A stretch of 64,000 bases of DNA. Source: Bradymonadia bacterium. Lineage in GTDB: Bacteria; Myxococcota_A; Bradymonadia; UBA7976; UBA1532. Shown in pieces: positions 49,056 to 58,639 of this stretch (its first letter is position 1; each line of letters opens with the position of its first letter). Under the pieces are notes generated by a model. That model was not told the origin of the DNA, did no database searches, and saw only the letters and a list, made by a program, of their open reading frames with translations. Where the stretch lies: positions 64,001 to 128,000 of the forward strand of contig JBKAGE010000039.1 of the NCBI GenBank assembly GCA_046290225.1, read 5' to 3'. A program made the position numbers and the translations under genes.

Positions 49056-49910
49056 ATGAACAATCGAACAGCAGTGGTCACTGGCTCTACAGGTGGACTC
49101 GGCGGAGAAGTCGTCCGCGGCCTGGCGCAGGACGGTTGGGATCTGATCCTCCTCGACCGGACGCCAGCGAAGCAGGAGAAGATCCTGGAAGGGCTGAAGG
49201 CTGCATACCCGGATCAGCACTTCGAAGGGCAACGCATCGACCTGATGGATTTGCCTACTGTGCACAAGGCGATCGAAGCGGTGAAGGCGACCACGAAGTC
49301 CATCAACGCCCTGTGGAACATCTCGGGCTTGCTCACCGACGCTCGGCGGGACAGCGCTCAGGGCATCGAAGGACACTTCGCGGTGAACACCGTGGCCCCA
49401 TACGCCCTCATACGCGGTTTACAACCTCTCCTCGCGGAAGGCGCGAAGGCAGCCCCTGCCTACATCGCGAACTTCACCACAGGTGGGGTCAACAACGTGA
49501 AGTCTCTCGACGTGGGCGCCTTGACTGATCCGCCAGAGGTCGGCGGGCTCTTCGGCGCCTACTCGATCAGCAAAGCGGCCCTCCAGATGGTCGGCGTCGC
49601 GCTGGCCGACACGCTGAAGTCCCAGGGCATCCTCACTTATGCTGTCGATCCTGGGGCCACCAAAACCTCGATGACCGATGGCAACGCGGCGATGCCCTGG
49701 TTCATCCGGCTGCTTCGGCCGCTCCTGTTCCAGCCGGTGGAGAAGCAGGCCGCCAAGCTCATGAGCGCAGTGAAAGACGCAGCGGCGCAACAGGAGACAG
49801 GCCTCTTCATCTCTGGTGGAAAGCGTAAAAAACACCCACCGCTGATGTTCGACGAGGCAGCGCAGAGAGAATTGCTGAGCCTCCTCGATGGGCTGACGGC
49901 ACCCAGTTGA
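49056..49910 (+). CDS. SDR-family oxidoreductase
   Basis: VTGSTGGLG, YSISK, VDPGATKT. Confidence 0.88.
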   Translation: MNNRTAVVTGSTGGLGGEVVRGLAQDGWDLILLDRTPAKQEKILEGLKAAYPDQHFEGQRIDLMDLPTVHKAIEAVKATTKSINALWNISGLLTDARRDSAQGIEGHFAVNTVAPYALIRGLQPLLAEGAKAAPAYIANFTTGGVNNVKSLDVGALTDPPEVGGLFGAYSISKAALQMVGVALADTLKSQGILTYAVDPGATKTSMTDGNAAMPWFIRLLRPLLFQPVEKQAAKLMSAVKDAAAQQETGLFISGGKRKKHPPLMFDEAAQRELLSLLDGLTAPS

Positions 49911-49952
49911 GGTAGCCTCCTCCTCACTTCGAGTCAGAAGAGGTTGGAGGCA

Positions 49953-52001
49953 ATGATGACGAAGGCAGAAGGCCGCGAGGCTCGGTTGGCGCTCCTGAAC
50001 CAGCCCCCCTCAGTGGAGGTGTTCAGGGCCTTGTGCGCGCACTTTCCCGATGGAGACATCGCCGACGAAGAGCTTCAAGATCTGCTCGCGCGCCTCGCGC
50101 TGTGGCCCGAGGACATCGAGCGGCGCGTGCCGCCCTTCTGGTTTCCCAGGCCTGACTGGCCCGTTGCCTGTTTACTCTGCAACCACCTCGATCTATTCGC
50201 CCGAGGCACCACCACAGCCGACGCCCGAAAGCTCGCCGAGAGTCCACACCTCGCCCACCTGCGCTCGATCGAGCTGTCGAGAAACTACCTCGAGCTGAAG
50301 GTGTGTCGGGCACTTGCCGAGGCCCGCCATCTCACAGCCCTGAGGCGCCTGCGCCTTGAGCACGCCCATCTCAAGGTGCAGGGCTTGAAAGTGCTCTGTG
50401 AGAGCCCGCTCGCCCGTGCGCTTCAGGACATTGACGTCAGTCAGAACCAACTGGGGCCAAAGGGCGTCGAGGTGCTGGTGAGTGCGGAACATCTTCACGG
50501 TCTCCGCCACCTGAATCTCAGCAAGAACAAGCTCGGACCCAAGGGGGCAAAAATCCTCGCCGAATCCAGCCCATGGGATCATCTCGAATCCCTCGATCTG
50601 ATCGGCAATGGCATCGAGGGTCGAGGGGCTGCTGATGTGCTCTCGAGCCCGAGGTGTGCGTCATTGACCCGTCTGAAGCTGGCCTACAACGGCATCGAGG
50701 GCTCTGGGGCGGTGGAGGCGCTGAGTGGTGCGACGTTGCCGCTTAGGCATCTCGAACTCGACGGCAATACTCTGGGGGTGGAGGGCACCCGCAGTCTGGC
50801 GAGCAATCCGGTGTTTCGTGGGTTGGAGACGCTCACGCTTCTCGCGGATGACGAGGCCCTTGAGGCGCTCTGTGACGCGCCGCAATTCGAGCATCTGCGG
50901 ACCCTCACGCTCCGCACACCCAAGGATGACCCCCTCACAGCGTGGGGCGCTGGTGCTTTGGGCAAGTGCGCTGCCTTCTCTCATGTGGAGTCGCTCTCCA
51001 TTCGCTCCATCTGCACGCTTGGGGCGGAGGGGGTGCGGGCCCTGACCGCGAACACGGCCCTGATGTCCGGGTTGCGTGCGCTGACGCTCTGGCACTGTGG
51101 GGTCGAAGACGACGGAGCACAGTTGCTCGCGGGGTGTGAAGCGCTCGGTCAACTCGAGAAGCTCGATCTGTGGGCCAACAACATCGGCGTTTCAGGTGCT
51201 CGAGCGCTCTTGAGCAGCCCTCATTTGTCTCAACTGCGCGATCTCGACATCGGCGCCAACGAGATTAAAGACGCTGCCGAGCACATCTTCGAGGAGGTGC
51301 GCCTGGTGCATCTGGAGCGCCTCAACTTGCGCTACAACCGTATGCGGAGTCCGGCTCCAGCGCAGGCACTCGCTGCCTGCGAGGCGCTCTCGTCCCTGCG
51401 ACACCTCAACCTCGATGATTGCGAGATCAGCCCCGAAGGTGTGCGGGCCATCACGACGAGTTCGAACATGTCAGGCCTGCACATGCTTGAGTGCTCGGGC
51501 AACGAGCTCGACGAGGCCGGCGTAATCTCGGCCTTCGGGCCAGACTGCACATTGACTGAGCTGCGAGAGTTACGCCTCTTCAGCGCGGGCATTGGCCCAG
51601 AGGGGGCCCAGGTGCTCGCCGACGCGGGGTTCTCCAAGCTCGAGACGCTGGCGCTCTCGTGCAATCCCCTCAAGCCTGCAGGGGCCCGGGCCCTCGCCAA
51701 CAGCCCTCACATGCAAAACCTCACCACCTTGCTTTTGCATCAATGCGCCCTCGGCAACAACGGCGCCATCGCCCTCGCCGACAGCCCATACCTGCCTTCG
51801 CTCGAGATGCTCGATGTTCACGACAACGCACTGGGCGAGAAAGCGTGGCGGGCCTTCATCGGATCAGCTCAGCTGATGTGGCTTCGCGGGATCCACCTGG
51901 ACGGCGCCCACAACATGAACCGCAAAAACCGCGACAAGCTCGTACGCGACTGGCATCGATGGACGAAGCAGCGGGGGATACGCATCAACTTCTACATTTG
52001 A
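49953..52001 (+). CDS. Leucine-rich repeat protein (ribonuclease-inhibitor-like 28-aa repeats)
   Basis: About 20 repeats of L..L.L..N.lG..G...LA.SP.l. Confidence 0.88.
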   Translation: MMTKAEGREARLALLNQPPSVEVFRALCAHFPDGDIADEELQDLLARLALWPEDIERRVPPFWFPRPDWPVACLLCNHLDLFARGTTTADARKLAESPHLAHLRSIELSRNYLELKVCRALAEARHLTALRRLRLEHAHLKVQGLKVLCESPLARALQDIDVSQNQLGPKGVEVLVSAEHLHGLRHLNLSKNKLGPKGAKILAESSPWDHLESLDLIGNGIEGRGAADVLSSPRCASLTRLKLAYNGIEGSGAVEALSGATLPLRHLELDGNTLGVEGTRSLASNPVFRGLETLTLLADDEALEALCDAPQFEHLRTLTLRTPKDDPLTAWGAGALGKCAAFSHVESLSIRSICTLGAEGVRALTANTALMSGLRALTLWHCGVEDDGAQLLAGCEALGQLEKLDLWANNIGVSGARALLSSPHLSQLRDLDIGANEIKDAAEHIFEEVRLVHLERLNLRYNRMRSPAPAQALAACEALSSLRHLNLDDCEISPEGVRAITTSSNMSGLHMLECSGNELDEAGVISAFGPDCTLTELRELRLFSAGIGPEGAQVLADAGFSKLETLALSCNPLKPAGARALANSPHMQNLTTLLLHQCALGNNGAIALADSPYLPSLEMLDVHDNALGEKAWRAFIGSAQLMWLRGIHLDGAHNMNRKNRDKLVRDWHRWTKQRGIRINFYI

Positions 52002-52012
52002 CGCACACACCT

Positions 52013-52957
52013 TCAGGGCGTGAGGTTTTTGATGAAGCCCAACACTGCCTCTGCCCACACGTCAGGGGCTTGTAGCTGGCAGAAGTGGCCGACGCCGGGC
52101 ATCAGGGTCAGAGAGGCATCAGGACACACGTGCGCTTTGAGATGATGGGCCACTGCTACGGGCGCTACGGCGTCGGCCTCACCCCAGCAAATGTGTACTG
52201 GCCTGTCGAACTGACTCAGCGCCTTCAGCCAGCGTGTGTTCTGGAATCTGTTGCGATCATCCAGGTAGCGGATCGTCTTCCAGGTCAAGCGGTGACCCTT
52301 CTGAAGGGTGTTGAGCTGCCACATCCGGTCGATGTCGAGGGTCTCGAGCGGCGCGCCGTTCGCCTTGCGCACCTGATTGCGAAAGAGGGCCGGGCCGCTG
52401 AACCGGTTGAGGAAGGGGCCCAGCGTGTGGTTGCGCAGGAGCACTTGCATCACCACGAGGGCGGCCTCTTCCATGACCATGTTGCCGTTGGTCAGGGTCA
52501 GAGACTGCACACCTGCATCGAACCACGCTGGTAGGAGCCCCTGGACCGCTCGCGCCACGATCTCGGTGGCCACGCTGTCACCCATGTCATGGCTGATGAC
52601 ATGACCGCCGCGTATCTTCAGGTGTTGCCAGGCCCACATCAGAGCGTCAGCTTGCTCGAGTAGAGAGTAGGTGAGCCTCTCAGGCTTGTCGCTCAGGCCA
52701 AAGCCGGGGAAGTCCACGAGCACAATGCGCTCGAAATGCTTGCTCAGCCGGTCGACGATCTTGTGAAACGAGAAGCTCGACTCCGGGAAGCCATGGATGA
52801 TGAGGGCGGTCTGGTCAGCGGGCGCAGAAGCATTGCCGATGTCGCGGCAGAAGATCGAGCAGTCACCTTGTGGCCAGCTCAGGAAGGCGCCGGCCTCTCT
52901 CCAAGTACACACTGCTTCATCAAGTCTCACCTCCGCCTTCGGCATCTCGCTCTCCAC
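52013..52957 (-). CDS. Alpha/beta hydrolase, epoxide hydrolase/MEST-like
   Basis: HGFPESS, DFPGFGLSDKP, HDMGDSV (Asp nucleophile), GVGHF. Confidence 0.85.
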   Translation of the reverse strand: MESEMPKAEVRLDEAVCTWREAGAFLSWPQGDCSIFCRDIGNASAPADQTALIIHGFPESSFSFHKIVDRLSKHFERIVLVDFPGFGLSDKPERLTYSLLEQADALMWAWQHLKIRGGHVISHDMGDSVATEIVARAVQGLLPAWFDAGVQSLTLTNGNMVMEEAALVVMQVLLRNHTLGPFLNRFSGPALFRNQVRKANGAPLETLDIDRMWQLNTLQKGHRLTWKTIRYLDDRNRFQNTRWLKALSQFDRPVHICWGEADAVAPVAVAHHLKAHVCPDASLTLMPGVGHFCQLQAPDVWAEAVLGFIKNLTP

Positions 52958-53019
52958 ACATCAGATGTTCTGGGCGTTCTCGAGGCGCATGACTTGAGGA
53001 TTCAAGTTGCCACTGTGGC

Positions 53020-54057
53020 CTATACGCTCCACTCCAACCGGTAGTCGAGGCTGTGGCTGATCTCACTCGAATATTGGCGAATGGTCTTGCGGGCGAGCTT
53101 CAACGCCACCGAGCCGGGGAGTACGCTGTAGACGCGCCCGACGATGGACGGCTTCTCTCCGACTGCGGGCGCCGAGGCCTCTGGGAACGTCACGTCTACC
53201 CTGGCTTGGCGGAGTCCGGCGCGATCCAGGAACACCGAGAGCGCCTGGAACTGCAACAACAGCGGATCATTGCGACGGAGCGCCCAGTTCGCCGAGGGCA
53301 TGAAGTCGATGAAGTGCATCAGGTGATAGTTGAGTTGGATCCACAGATTCTCGGCGTCGAGGGTGATCGGCGCGTTGTCGATGACGCGGTGACAGTGCAG
53401 CGCCTTCAGCTGGTCAAGGCGATGGATGTTCGCCGTGAGCTCCGGCAACAGGGCCTGATCGTAGAAGAGGCGAATGAGCGAGGGAAAAGCCTCGATCTGG
53501 AGCGCCTCGAAGGCGGTCAGGCGCTCGCACAGCTTGGGCCACTTGTCGATCGTCATGGCGAAGGTGTTCGTTGCCGTGCCGAGGATCGAGTGCAACAACG
53601 CGACGTTGGGGGAGTGCTCGGGGTAGTGCCGCGCAGAATAGTCGTGGCAGAACACGAGGTGCTCGAGGAATGTGCCGTCTGCGTGCTCCATGGAGAAGTC
53701 ACACTCGGCCTCCATAAAGGCGATGAGATCAGGGTCGACAGTGGGGGTTGGGGTTGCAGACTCGGCGTCGAGGTAGGCTGCCTCGATCTCACCCACTGCG
53801 GCATCGCTCCAGAAGGTCTCTTTCGCCAGCTTGTCTTTCATCACCAGGCGGGGGAGTGTGCTCTTGAGGCCGCCGAAGATGGTCCGGCCCATGTCGAAGC
53901 CCTCCATGGGGACCACACGCACCCGGCCGGCATGATCCACAGCGCCGCCAGCGACGATGGCGGCTTTGCGTTGGAGGTTGAGCTGCGCGTCGAGCTGTGG
54001 CGCCTCTTGCGGTGCGGGGCTGGAACCAGGGGACACCTCGGCATGGGCGGTGGTCAT
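53020..54057 (-). CDS. Hypothetical protein with DUF6817/HD-like His motifs
   Basis: EHADGTFLEHL...ALLHSILGT.TNTF; AGGAG RBS; divergent from TetR. Confidence 0.65.
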   Translation of the reverse strand: MTTAHAEVSPGSSPAPQEAPQLDAQLNLQRKAAIVAGGAVDHAGRVRVVPMEGFDMGRTIFGGLKSTLPRLVMKDKLAKETFWSDAAVGEIEAAYLDAESATPTPTVDPDLIAFMEAECDFSMEHADGTFLEHLVFCHDYSARHYPEHSPNVALLHSILGTATNTFAMTIDKWPKLCERLTAFEALQIEAFPSLIRLFYDQALLPELTANIHRLDQLKALHCHRVIDNAPITLDAENLWIQLNYHLMHFIDFMPSANWALRRNDPLLLQFQALSVFLDRAGLRQARVDVTFPEASAPAVGEKPSIVGRVYSVLPGSVALKLARKTIRQYSSEISHSLDYRLEWSV

Positions 54058-54090
54058 CGAGCTCTCCTGTCGTCTATGGCGTGCGTTCGA

Positions 54091-54159
54091 ATGACAAGTG
54101 TAATGTAACGAACCTCGGATGCAACTATAAAATAACGGGTGTCATGTTACGGGTGTGAT
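54091..54159. promoter_or_regulatory. Three 14-bp ATnAC-N4-GTnAT-type boxes, candidate TetR operators
   Basis: ATGACAAGTGTAAT (54091), ATAACGGGTGTCAT (54132), GTTACGGGTGTGAT (54146). Confidence 0.65.
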
Positions 54160-54188
54160 TTATCTGAAGTCCGTGGTAGCGTGCCGTC

Positions 54189-54764
54189 ATGCCTCCGAAG
54201 ACACGATATACCCGCGAGGTGGTGCTCGACGCCGCGCTGAAGGTGGTCCGCGACACAGGGATCCGGGGCATGAGCGCCCGAAGCATCGCCAAGGCGCTCG
54301 GGGCCTCCACTGCGCCCGTGCTGGCCGCTTTTGAGAATATGCAGGCCCTCACCGAGGCGGTGGTGGCCGCTCTCATCGACGAGCTGCTCGCCGCCGTCGA
54401 CGCCACCGAAGCCACCGATCCGATCCGCGGGGCGGTCTTTGCCATGGCCCGCTTCACGGCAAATCGTCGCAACGAGTATGAGGCGCTCTTTCTCCATCCA
54501 CACGCATCACCCCCGGACTGGGTGGCGGTCCGGGCCCGTTTCTCGGAGCCCCTCGCCGAGGCCGAGGGTTTTCACCACCTCACCCCACGGCAACGCAACG
54601 CCCTCGCCTGGCGGGCCAGCGTCGTGGCCCATGGCATCTGCATCGAGATTTGGTCCAAGCGCTGGACGCAGACGAGCGACGAGGCGCTCTGGCGGGTGGT
54701 GGATCAGCTGGTGGGGCCGATCATTGAAGGCATGCTCGCGCACAACGGTGAGGGGGTGCGTTGA
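54189..54764 (+). CDS. TetR-family regulator
   Basis: MPPKTRYTREVVLDAAL..GIRGMSARSIAKALGASTAPV HTH. Confidence 0.88.
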   Translation: MPPKTRYTREVVLDAALKVVRDTGIRGMSARSIAKALGASTAPVLAAFENMQALTEAVVAALIDELLAAVDATEATDPIRGAVFAMARFTANRRNEYEALFLHPHASPPDWVAVRARFSEPLAEAEGFHHLTPRQRNALAWRASVVAHGICIEIWSKRWTQTSDEALWRVVDQLVGPIIEGMLAHNGEGVR

Positions 54765-54776
54765 CCTGCTGTGATG

Positions 54777-55652
54777 TCAGCGCATCACAGGGCCACCCTG
54801 GCAAATCCGAATGGCGTCATCCCATGCAGCCGAGCCGTTGTGCAGCCAGGTGAGCAAACAATCGCGGGTGAACAAGGAAGGCCCCTCGAGGCTGAGGGCA
54901 AGCCAGGGCAAGGGGAGGGCATAGCGGTGCCGAAGCCGATGGCCCCCTTGTGCGTCTGTCCAGAAGGCAAAGGCGCCATTCGAGAGCAGTGCATTGAGCT
55001 CGGAGAAGGCACGAAGCAAAGCCGGATCATCACTGAATTGTGGATCGCCCTCGGCGATTGTATCGACACAGAGACCGGCGATGGGGTCGTGAGAGAGTCG
55101 AAGGTGGGTGCCCACCATCGCCCCCTCGAACCGTTGCAGCGCCGTCATGTAACCCCCTTGAACATACGACAGCGGGATCCACTGCGAGAGCTGCTCGACC
55201 ACGTGCTCCAGACGTACGAGGCCCTCCATGGCAACAGAACCATCGAAGACTTGCTCGGCGAGCTCGCGGGTGGGTGGGATACCCTGTTGCGCCGCGAAGC
55301 GCATGTTCGCGAGGCTCGTGATCGCAGCCATCAGAGTCTGGGGCTCCGGTGTACTCGTGGGTGATCTCGGAAAGCTGAGGGTCAAGACGATGGCTTGTAG
55401 GTCTGGATCCCAGGCTGCCGAGATGCCCAGTGGTGAAGCCGCCGTAAATCGGTTGAGATCTCGCAACTGCGCCGTAGAGGGCCGCGCACTCGGGCTGACC
55501 TCTGCACGGATACGTAGAGACCATCCGAGTTCGACGACATGGAAGGTTACCGGCCCCAGAGAGCGCTGGGTGGCCAACTGGAAGTACGCATAGTTCTCCG
55601 AGGCCAGGTTGAAATTGAGATCGCAATGTCGAAGGAGAGTTTCGAGATCCAT
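54777..55652 (-). CDS. Hypothetical protein, possibly tandem YbjN/type III chaperone-like domains
   Basis: Two ~130-aa halves, each with a beta-run followed by L..LN.....G pattern; weak. Confidence 0.55.
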   Translation of the reverse strand: MDLETLLRHCDLNFNLASENYAYFQLATQRSLGPVTFHVVELGWSLRIRAEVSPSARPSTAQLRDLNRFTAASPLGISAAWDPDLQAIVLTLSFPRSPTSTPEPQTLMAAITSLANMRFAAQQGIPPTRELAEQVFDGSVAMEGLVRLEHVVEQLSQWIPLSYVQGGYMTALQRFEGAMVGTHLRLSHDPIAGLCVDTIAEGDPQFSDDPALLRAFSELNALLSNGAFAFWTDAQGGHRLRHRYALPLPWLALSLEGPSLFTRDCLLTWLHNGSAAWDDAIRICQGGPVMR

Positions 55653-55726
55653 CTCTGCCTACTGATGAGGGAATCAGGAGGGTGGGTGTAAAGGAGTTCG
55701 AGAAAGGGAGCAAGCGTGTGAAAGGT

Positions 55727-56635
55727 TCAGCGTTCAGAGGCAGGCACATGCTCATTTGACATCGATTCAGCGAGAAACCGCACACACTGCAACGTCAAGC
55801 CTTCTCGCCGTGGTTGGCCCGGCCAGATGGCGAACAGTGACAGTGGGGGCAGTTGCCAGTCAGGCAACACATGAACGAGCGTGCCTTGCTCGAAGCCGAG
55901 CCGGGCCAGGTGCTCGGGGATCACCGTCAGTCCCAGACCACGGACGGTAAAGTCGTACAGAGCAATGGCAGAGTCGACGTGTACGCTGTTTTGACCGAGT
56001 ACCGAGATCGTCTCACCTTCTGGCGAGGTGAACACGGTGCGATCATTACGCATCGTGAAGCGTATCCAGTGCCACGACTCCAGATCGCTCGGGTGCTCGG
56101 GCTGCGCCTTGCCTTGCACATAGGCCGGGCTCGCCACTAGGCAGCGGGCTGCGTAGCCGAGCTTGCGGGCGAGCAGCGCGCAGTCTTCGTGGGCCCCTGC
56201 CCGGAACGCCAGATCGTAGCCCTCTTTGATGATGTTCTTCGGATGATCGGAGAACGAGAAGTGCAGATCGACCTTCGGAAACGCCTGAGCGAAGCTTGCG
56301 AAGGCATCCATCATGCGGGTCTGGGTCAAGAAGGCCGGAGCGGTGATGCGCAGCTCTCCGGCAGGCTCGCTCGAGAGCGCGCTCAGGGCATCGAGACCGC
56401 TCTCCGCAGCATCGAGCATCAACCGGGCCTTCTCATAGAAGATGCGCCCTTCGTTGCTCAACGACAGCCGGCGTGTGGAGCGATACAGCAACGTGACGCC
56501 GAGCTCGCCCTCAAGATCGGACACGGCCTGGCTCACCCGTGACGGCGAGAGCCCCAGGTGCTGGGCCGCTGCGCGGAAGCTGCCGCGATCGATGACGTGG
56601 GCGAAGATCGCGATGCCGCGGAGTTTTTCGATCAT
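55727..56635 (-). CDS. LysR-family regulator
   Basis: IFAHVIDRGSFRAAAQHLGLSPSRVSQAVSDLE...LLYRSTRRLSL. Confidence 0.92.
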   Translation of the reverse strand: MIEKLRGIAIFAHVIDRGSFRAAAQHLGLSPSRVSQAVSDLEGELGVTLLYRSTRRLSLSNEGRIFYEKARLMLDAAESGLDALSALSSEPAGELRITAPAFLTQTRMMDAFASFAQAFPKVDLHFSFSDHPKNIIKEGYDLAFRAGAHEDCALLARKLGYAARCLVASPAYVQGKAQPEHPSDLESWHWIRFTMRNDRTVFTSPEGETISVLGQNSVHVDSAIALYDFTVRGLGLTVIPEHLARLGFEQGTLVHVLPDWQLPPLSLFAIWPGQPRREGLTLQCVRFLAESMSNEHVPASER

Positions 56636-56652
56636 TGTTCACCTGATCGCAC

Positions 56653-56798
56653 TCTGCAACCGGATTGAGTGTGAGTGCTTGTCTTGAGGGCAGATTTCGA
56701 GGTTGAAGATACTCGGTGATGCTTCGGCATCGCCTGCGCTCTTCGCCCCCGAACTCTGTCCTCAATCCTGCGCCCTCCCGACTCAATCCGATTGCAGA
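56653..56798. mobile_element. 146-bp MITE-like palindromic element (alternatively a structured ncRNA)
   Basis: Terminal inverted repeats TCTGCAACCGGATTGAGT / ACTCAATCCGATTGCAGA (17/18); GCAC direct repeat on both sides; interior folds into an ungapped 39-position stem capped by C-TTCG-G. Confidence 0.55.
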
Positions 56799-56993
56799 GC
56801 ACGATGAGCAGAAGAAAGACTTCCGAGATGGGCGACTTATCAAACCATGCATTGAATGTCAGTCTATATGCACACACGTAATCGCGGACCACAACAGGTG
56901 TCATGACATGTCGCGCTCAGATGCGCGGAGGTGCGTCCTGGTCCGTGTCACGGGCTGTCATACAGGCAGCCACCCATAGAAAGATGTATACCC

Positions 56994-57563
56994 ATGAAGC
57001 GTTTCAACGCCCTTGTTCCTGCTCTCCTCGCACTCTCCCTCGCTGCCTGTGGTGACGATGATGCCACCGAGAGCGGTGACACTGCCCTCGTCAAAGAGGG
57101 GATTCAGGTCACGATGCGCAACACGCTGCAAGATCCCGGACAGCCCGAGCTGACCTATGCAGAGCTCTTCGGCGAGTCTGTAGAGGCCTTCGACGAGGTC
57201 AGCACGGTATCCTACTCGGCTTCGGAGTTCGCCACCGCCCTCGAGCAGAGCGGTGTGAGCTTCATGGGCAACATGGTCGACGTGAGCGGTCTCTACGACA
57301 TCGACATCGACGGGAACAGCATCTCGTTCACTCTGCTGCCTTCAGAGGATGACCCCTTTTGGAAGAACGTCTTCGAGCTGCACCCCGAAGGGAAGTTCGA
57401 CCGCTACTACCTGACCTTCGCGGAGCCCCACGGCATCAGCGGGTTCTCCAGCGACGAAGAGGCGGTGAACCTGCGCATCGACTCCGACACTGTGGTGGTG
57501 GTGGAGATCGGCGCAGGCTACAACATGGCGCCAGGCGCCGCGTTCAACATCGACCTCAAGTGA
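56994..57563 (+). CDS. Acidic uncharacterised lipoprotein
   Basis: MKRFNALVPALLALSLAAC lipobox; beta-rich acidic body. Confidence 0.8.
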   Translation: MKRFNALVPALLALSLAACGDDDATESGDTALVKEGIQVTMRNTLQDPGQPELTYAELFGESVEAFDEVSTVSYSASEFATALEQSGVSFMGNMVDVSGLYDIDIDGNSISFTLLPSEDDPFWKNVFELHPEGKFDRYYLTFAEPHGISGFSSDEEAVNLRIDSDTVVVVEIGAGYNMAPGAAFNIDLK

Positions 57564-57587
57564 GCGGGCTGCGCATGGGTTGACGCG

Positions 57588-58538
57588 TCAGGCGATCTCG
57601 ATGGAATGCCAGGCGAGCAGAGTGCCGTCCGTGTTGCGTTGGGTAGACAGGATGAACTGTTCAAAGTCTGTAGAGGGGAAGAACATGTCCCGACCGCTGG
57701 CCAGTGGGGTGTCCTGCTCACCATGGTCGGTATAGAGCATGTGATGCGTCGTGATCTCGGTGACGAAGGCATCGGTGAAGCAGAGCTGAGAGACGATGCG
57801 CCGCTCTCCAGACGGATCGCTCACGGCGACATGAATGTGCAGTGTTCGGCCGGCATACCAACCCGGAAAGCAGGATCTGAAGTTGACCCGTCCAGAGGCA
57901 TCAGAGATCAGCTGTCCCCGATAGTACGTGGATGACTCAGCGTCCTCGTCACCACCCGTGCAGAAATTGGTTCCGAAGTTGCCACCGAAACGCTCCGCAT
58001 CAGCGCTCTCGGATGTATCACCAGAGTACAGACCCCGTGTGTCACAATGCCATATCTCGACCAGATGGTCGGCGAGGGGCTGACAGTCCGCATCGACCAG
58101 CCTCAAGCAGAGCTGCATGGGGAGTCCGGTTCGACCAGCAGAGATGTCGTCACCTGCATCGTCTGCGTAGTAGCATGGCCCTTCTGTAAGCGCTGCGGAC
58201 AATGCCAGAGTGCAGGCAACACCATCATCGAAGATGTCGTCTGGCGGGTAGTCAACAGTGATGAGATTTGTGCCGCCGACCGCCCATTCCATTGAGGGGG
58301 CAGCGGCGTCAGCGCTGCCCCCTGCATCTACAGCGGTGCCCGCATCGACGCTGTCTCCCATGTCGGATTGTGTTGTGGTGGATTCTGTGTCCGACTGGCA
58401 CGCAGAGAGGGTGGCGCCGATGCCAGCGGCTCCGGCAATGCGCAACAGATCACGGCGCGTGATGGGCTGTCTCATGCCTGTCGTGTGTAGGGTGTTGGAG
58501 GCCGGTACGAGGTCTGGGCGCTTGACTGTATGTGTCAT
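57588..58538 (-). CDS. Intradiol ring-cleavage dioxygenase-like Tat lipoprotein
   Basis: ITRRDLL twin-Arg motif plus LSAC; TEGPCY, EIWHCDTRGLYS, FPGWYAGRTLHIH; start uncertain. Confidence 0.85.
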   Translation of the reverse strand: MTHTVKRPDLVPASNTLHTTGMRQPITRRDLLRIAGAAGIGATLSACQSDTESTTTQSDMGDSVDAGTAVDAGGSADAAAPSMEWAVGGTNLITVDYPPDDIFDDGVACTLALSAALTEGPCYYADDAGDDISAGRTGLPMQLCLRLVDADCQPLADHLVEIWHCDTRGLYSGDTSESADAERFGGNFGTNFCTGGDEDAESSTYYRGQLISDASGRVNFRSCFPGWYAGRTLHIHVAVSDPSGERRIVSQLCFTDAFVTEITTHHMLYTDHGEQDTPLASGRDMFFPSTDFEQFILSTQRNTDGTLLAWHSIEIA

Positions 58539-58639
58539 GGTGATTGACCTGTGATGTTGGATGGAGAGAGGGCAAGGTGGATTCTGTCCAGCGGCGTTGT
58601 CATCTGTCAGCAGGGCGCCAAGTGCCCACCCTCTAAACT

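Noticed and set aside
55661..55710. CTGATGAG...GAAA as a hammerhead ribozyme core
   Set aside because: The flanking stems cannot be formed.
56646..56805. Firm assignment of the long hairpin as integron attC, 6S RNA or SRP RNA
   Set aside because: No RYYYAAC/GTTRRRY ends or integrase; no SRP GGAA-loop motif; not in the usual zapA-ygfA context of 6S. Kept only as an unassigned element.
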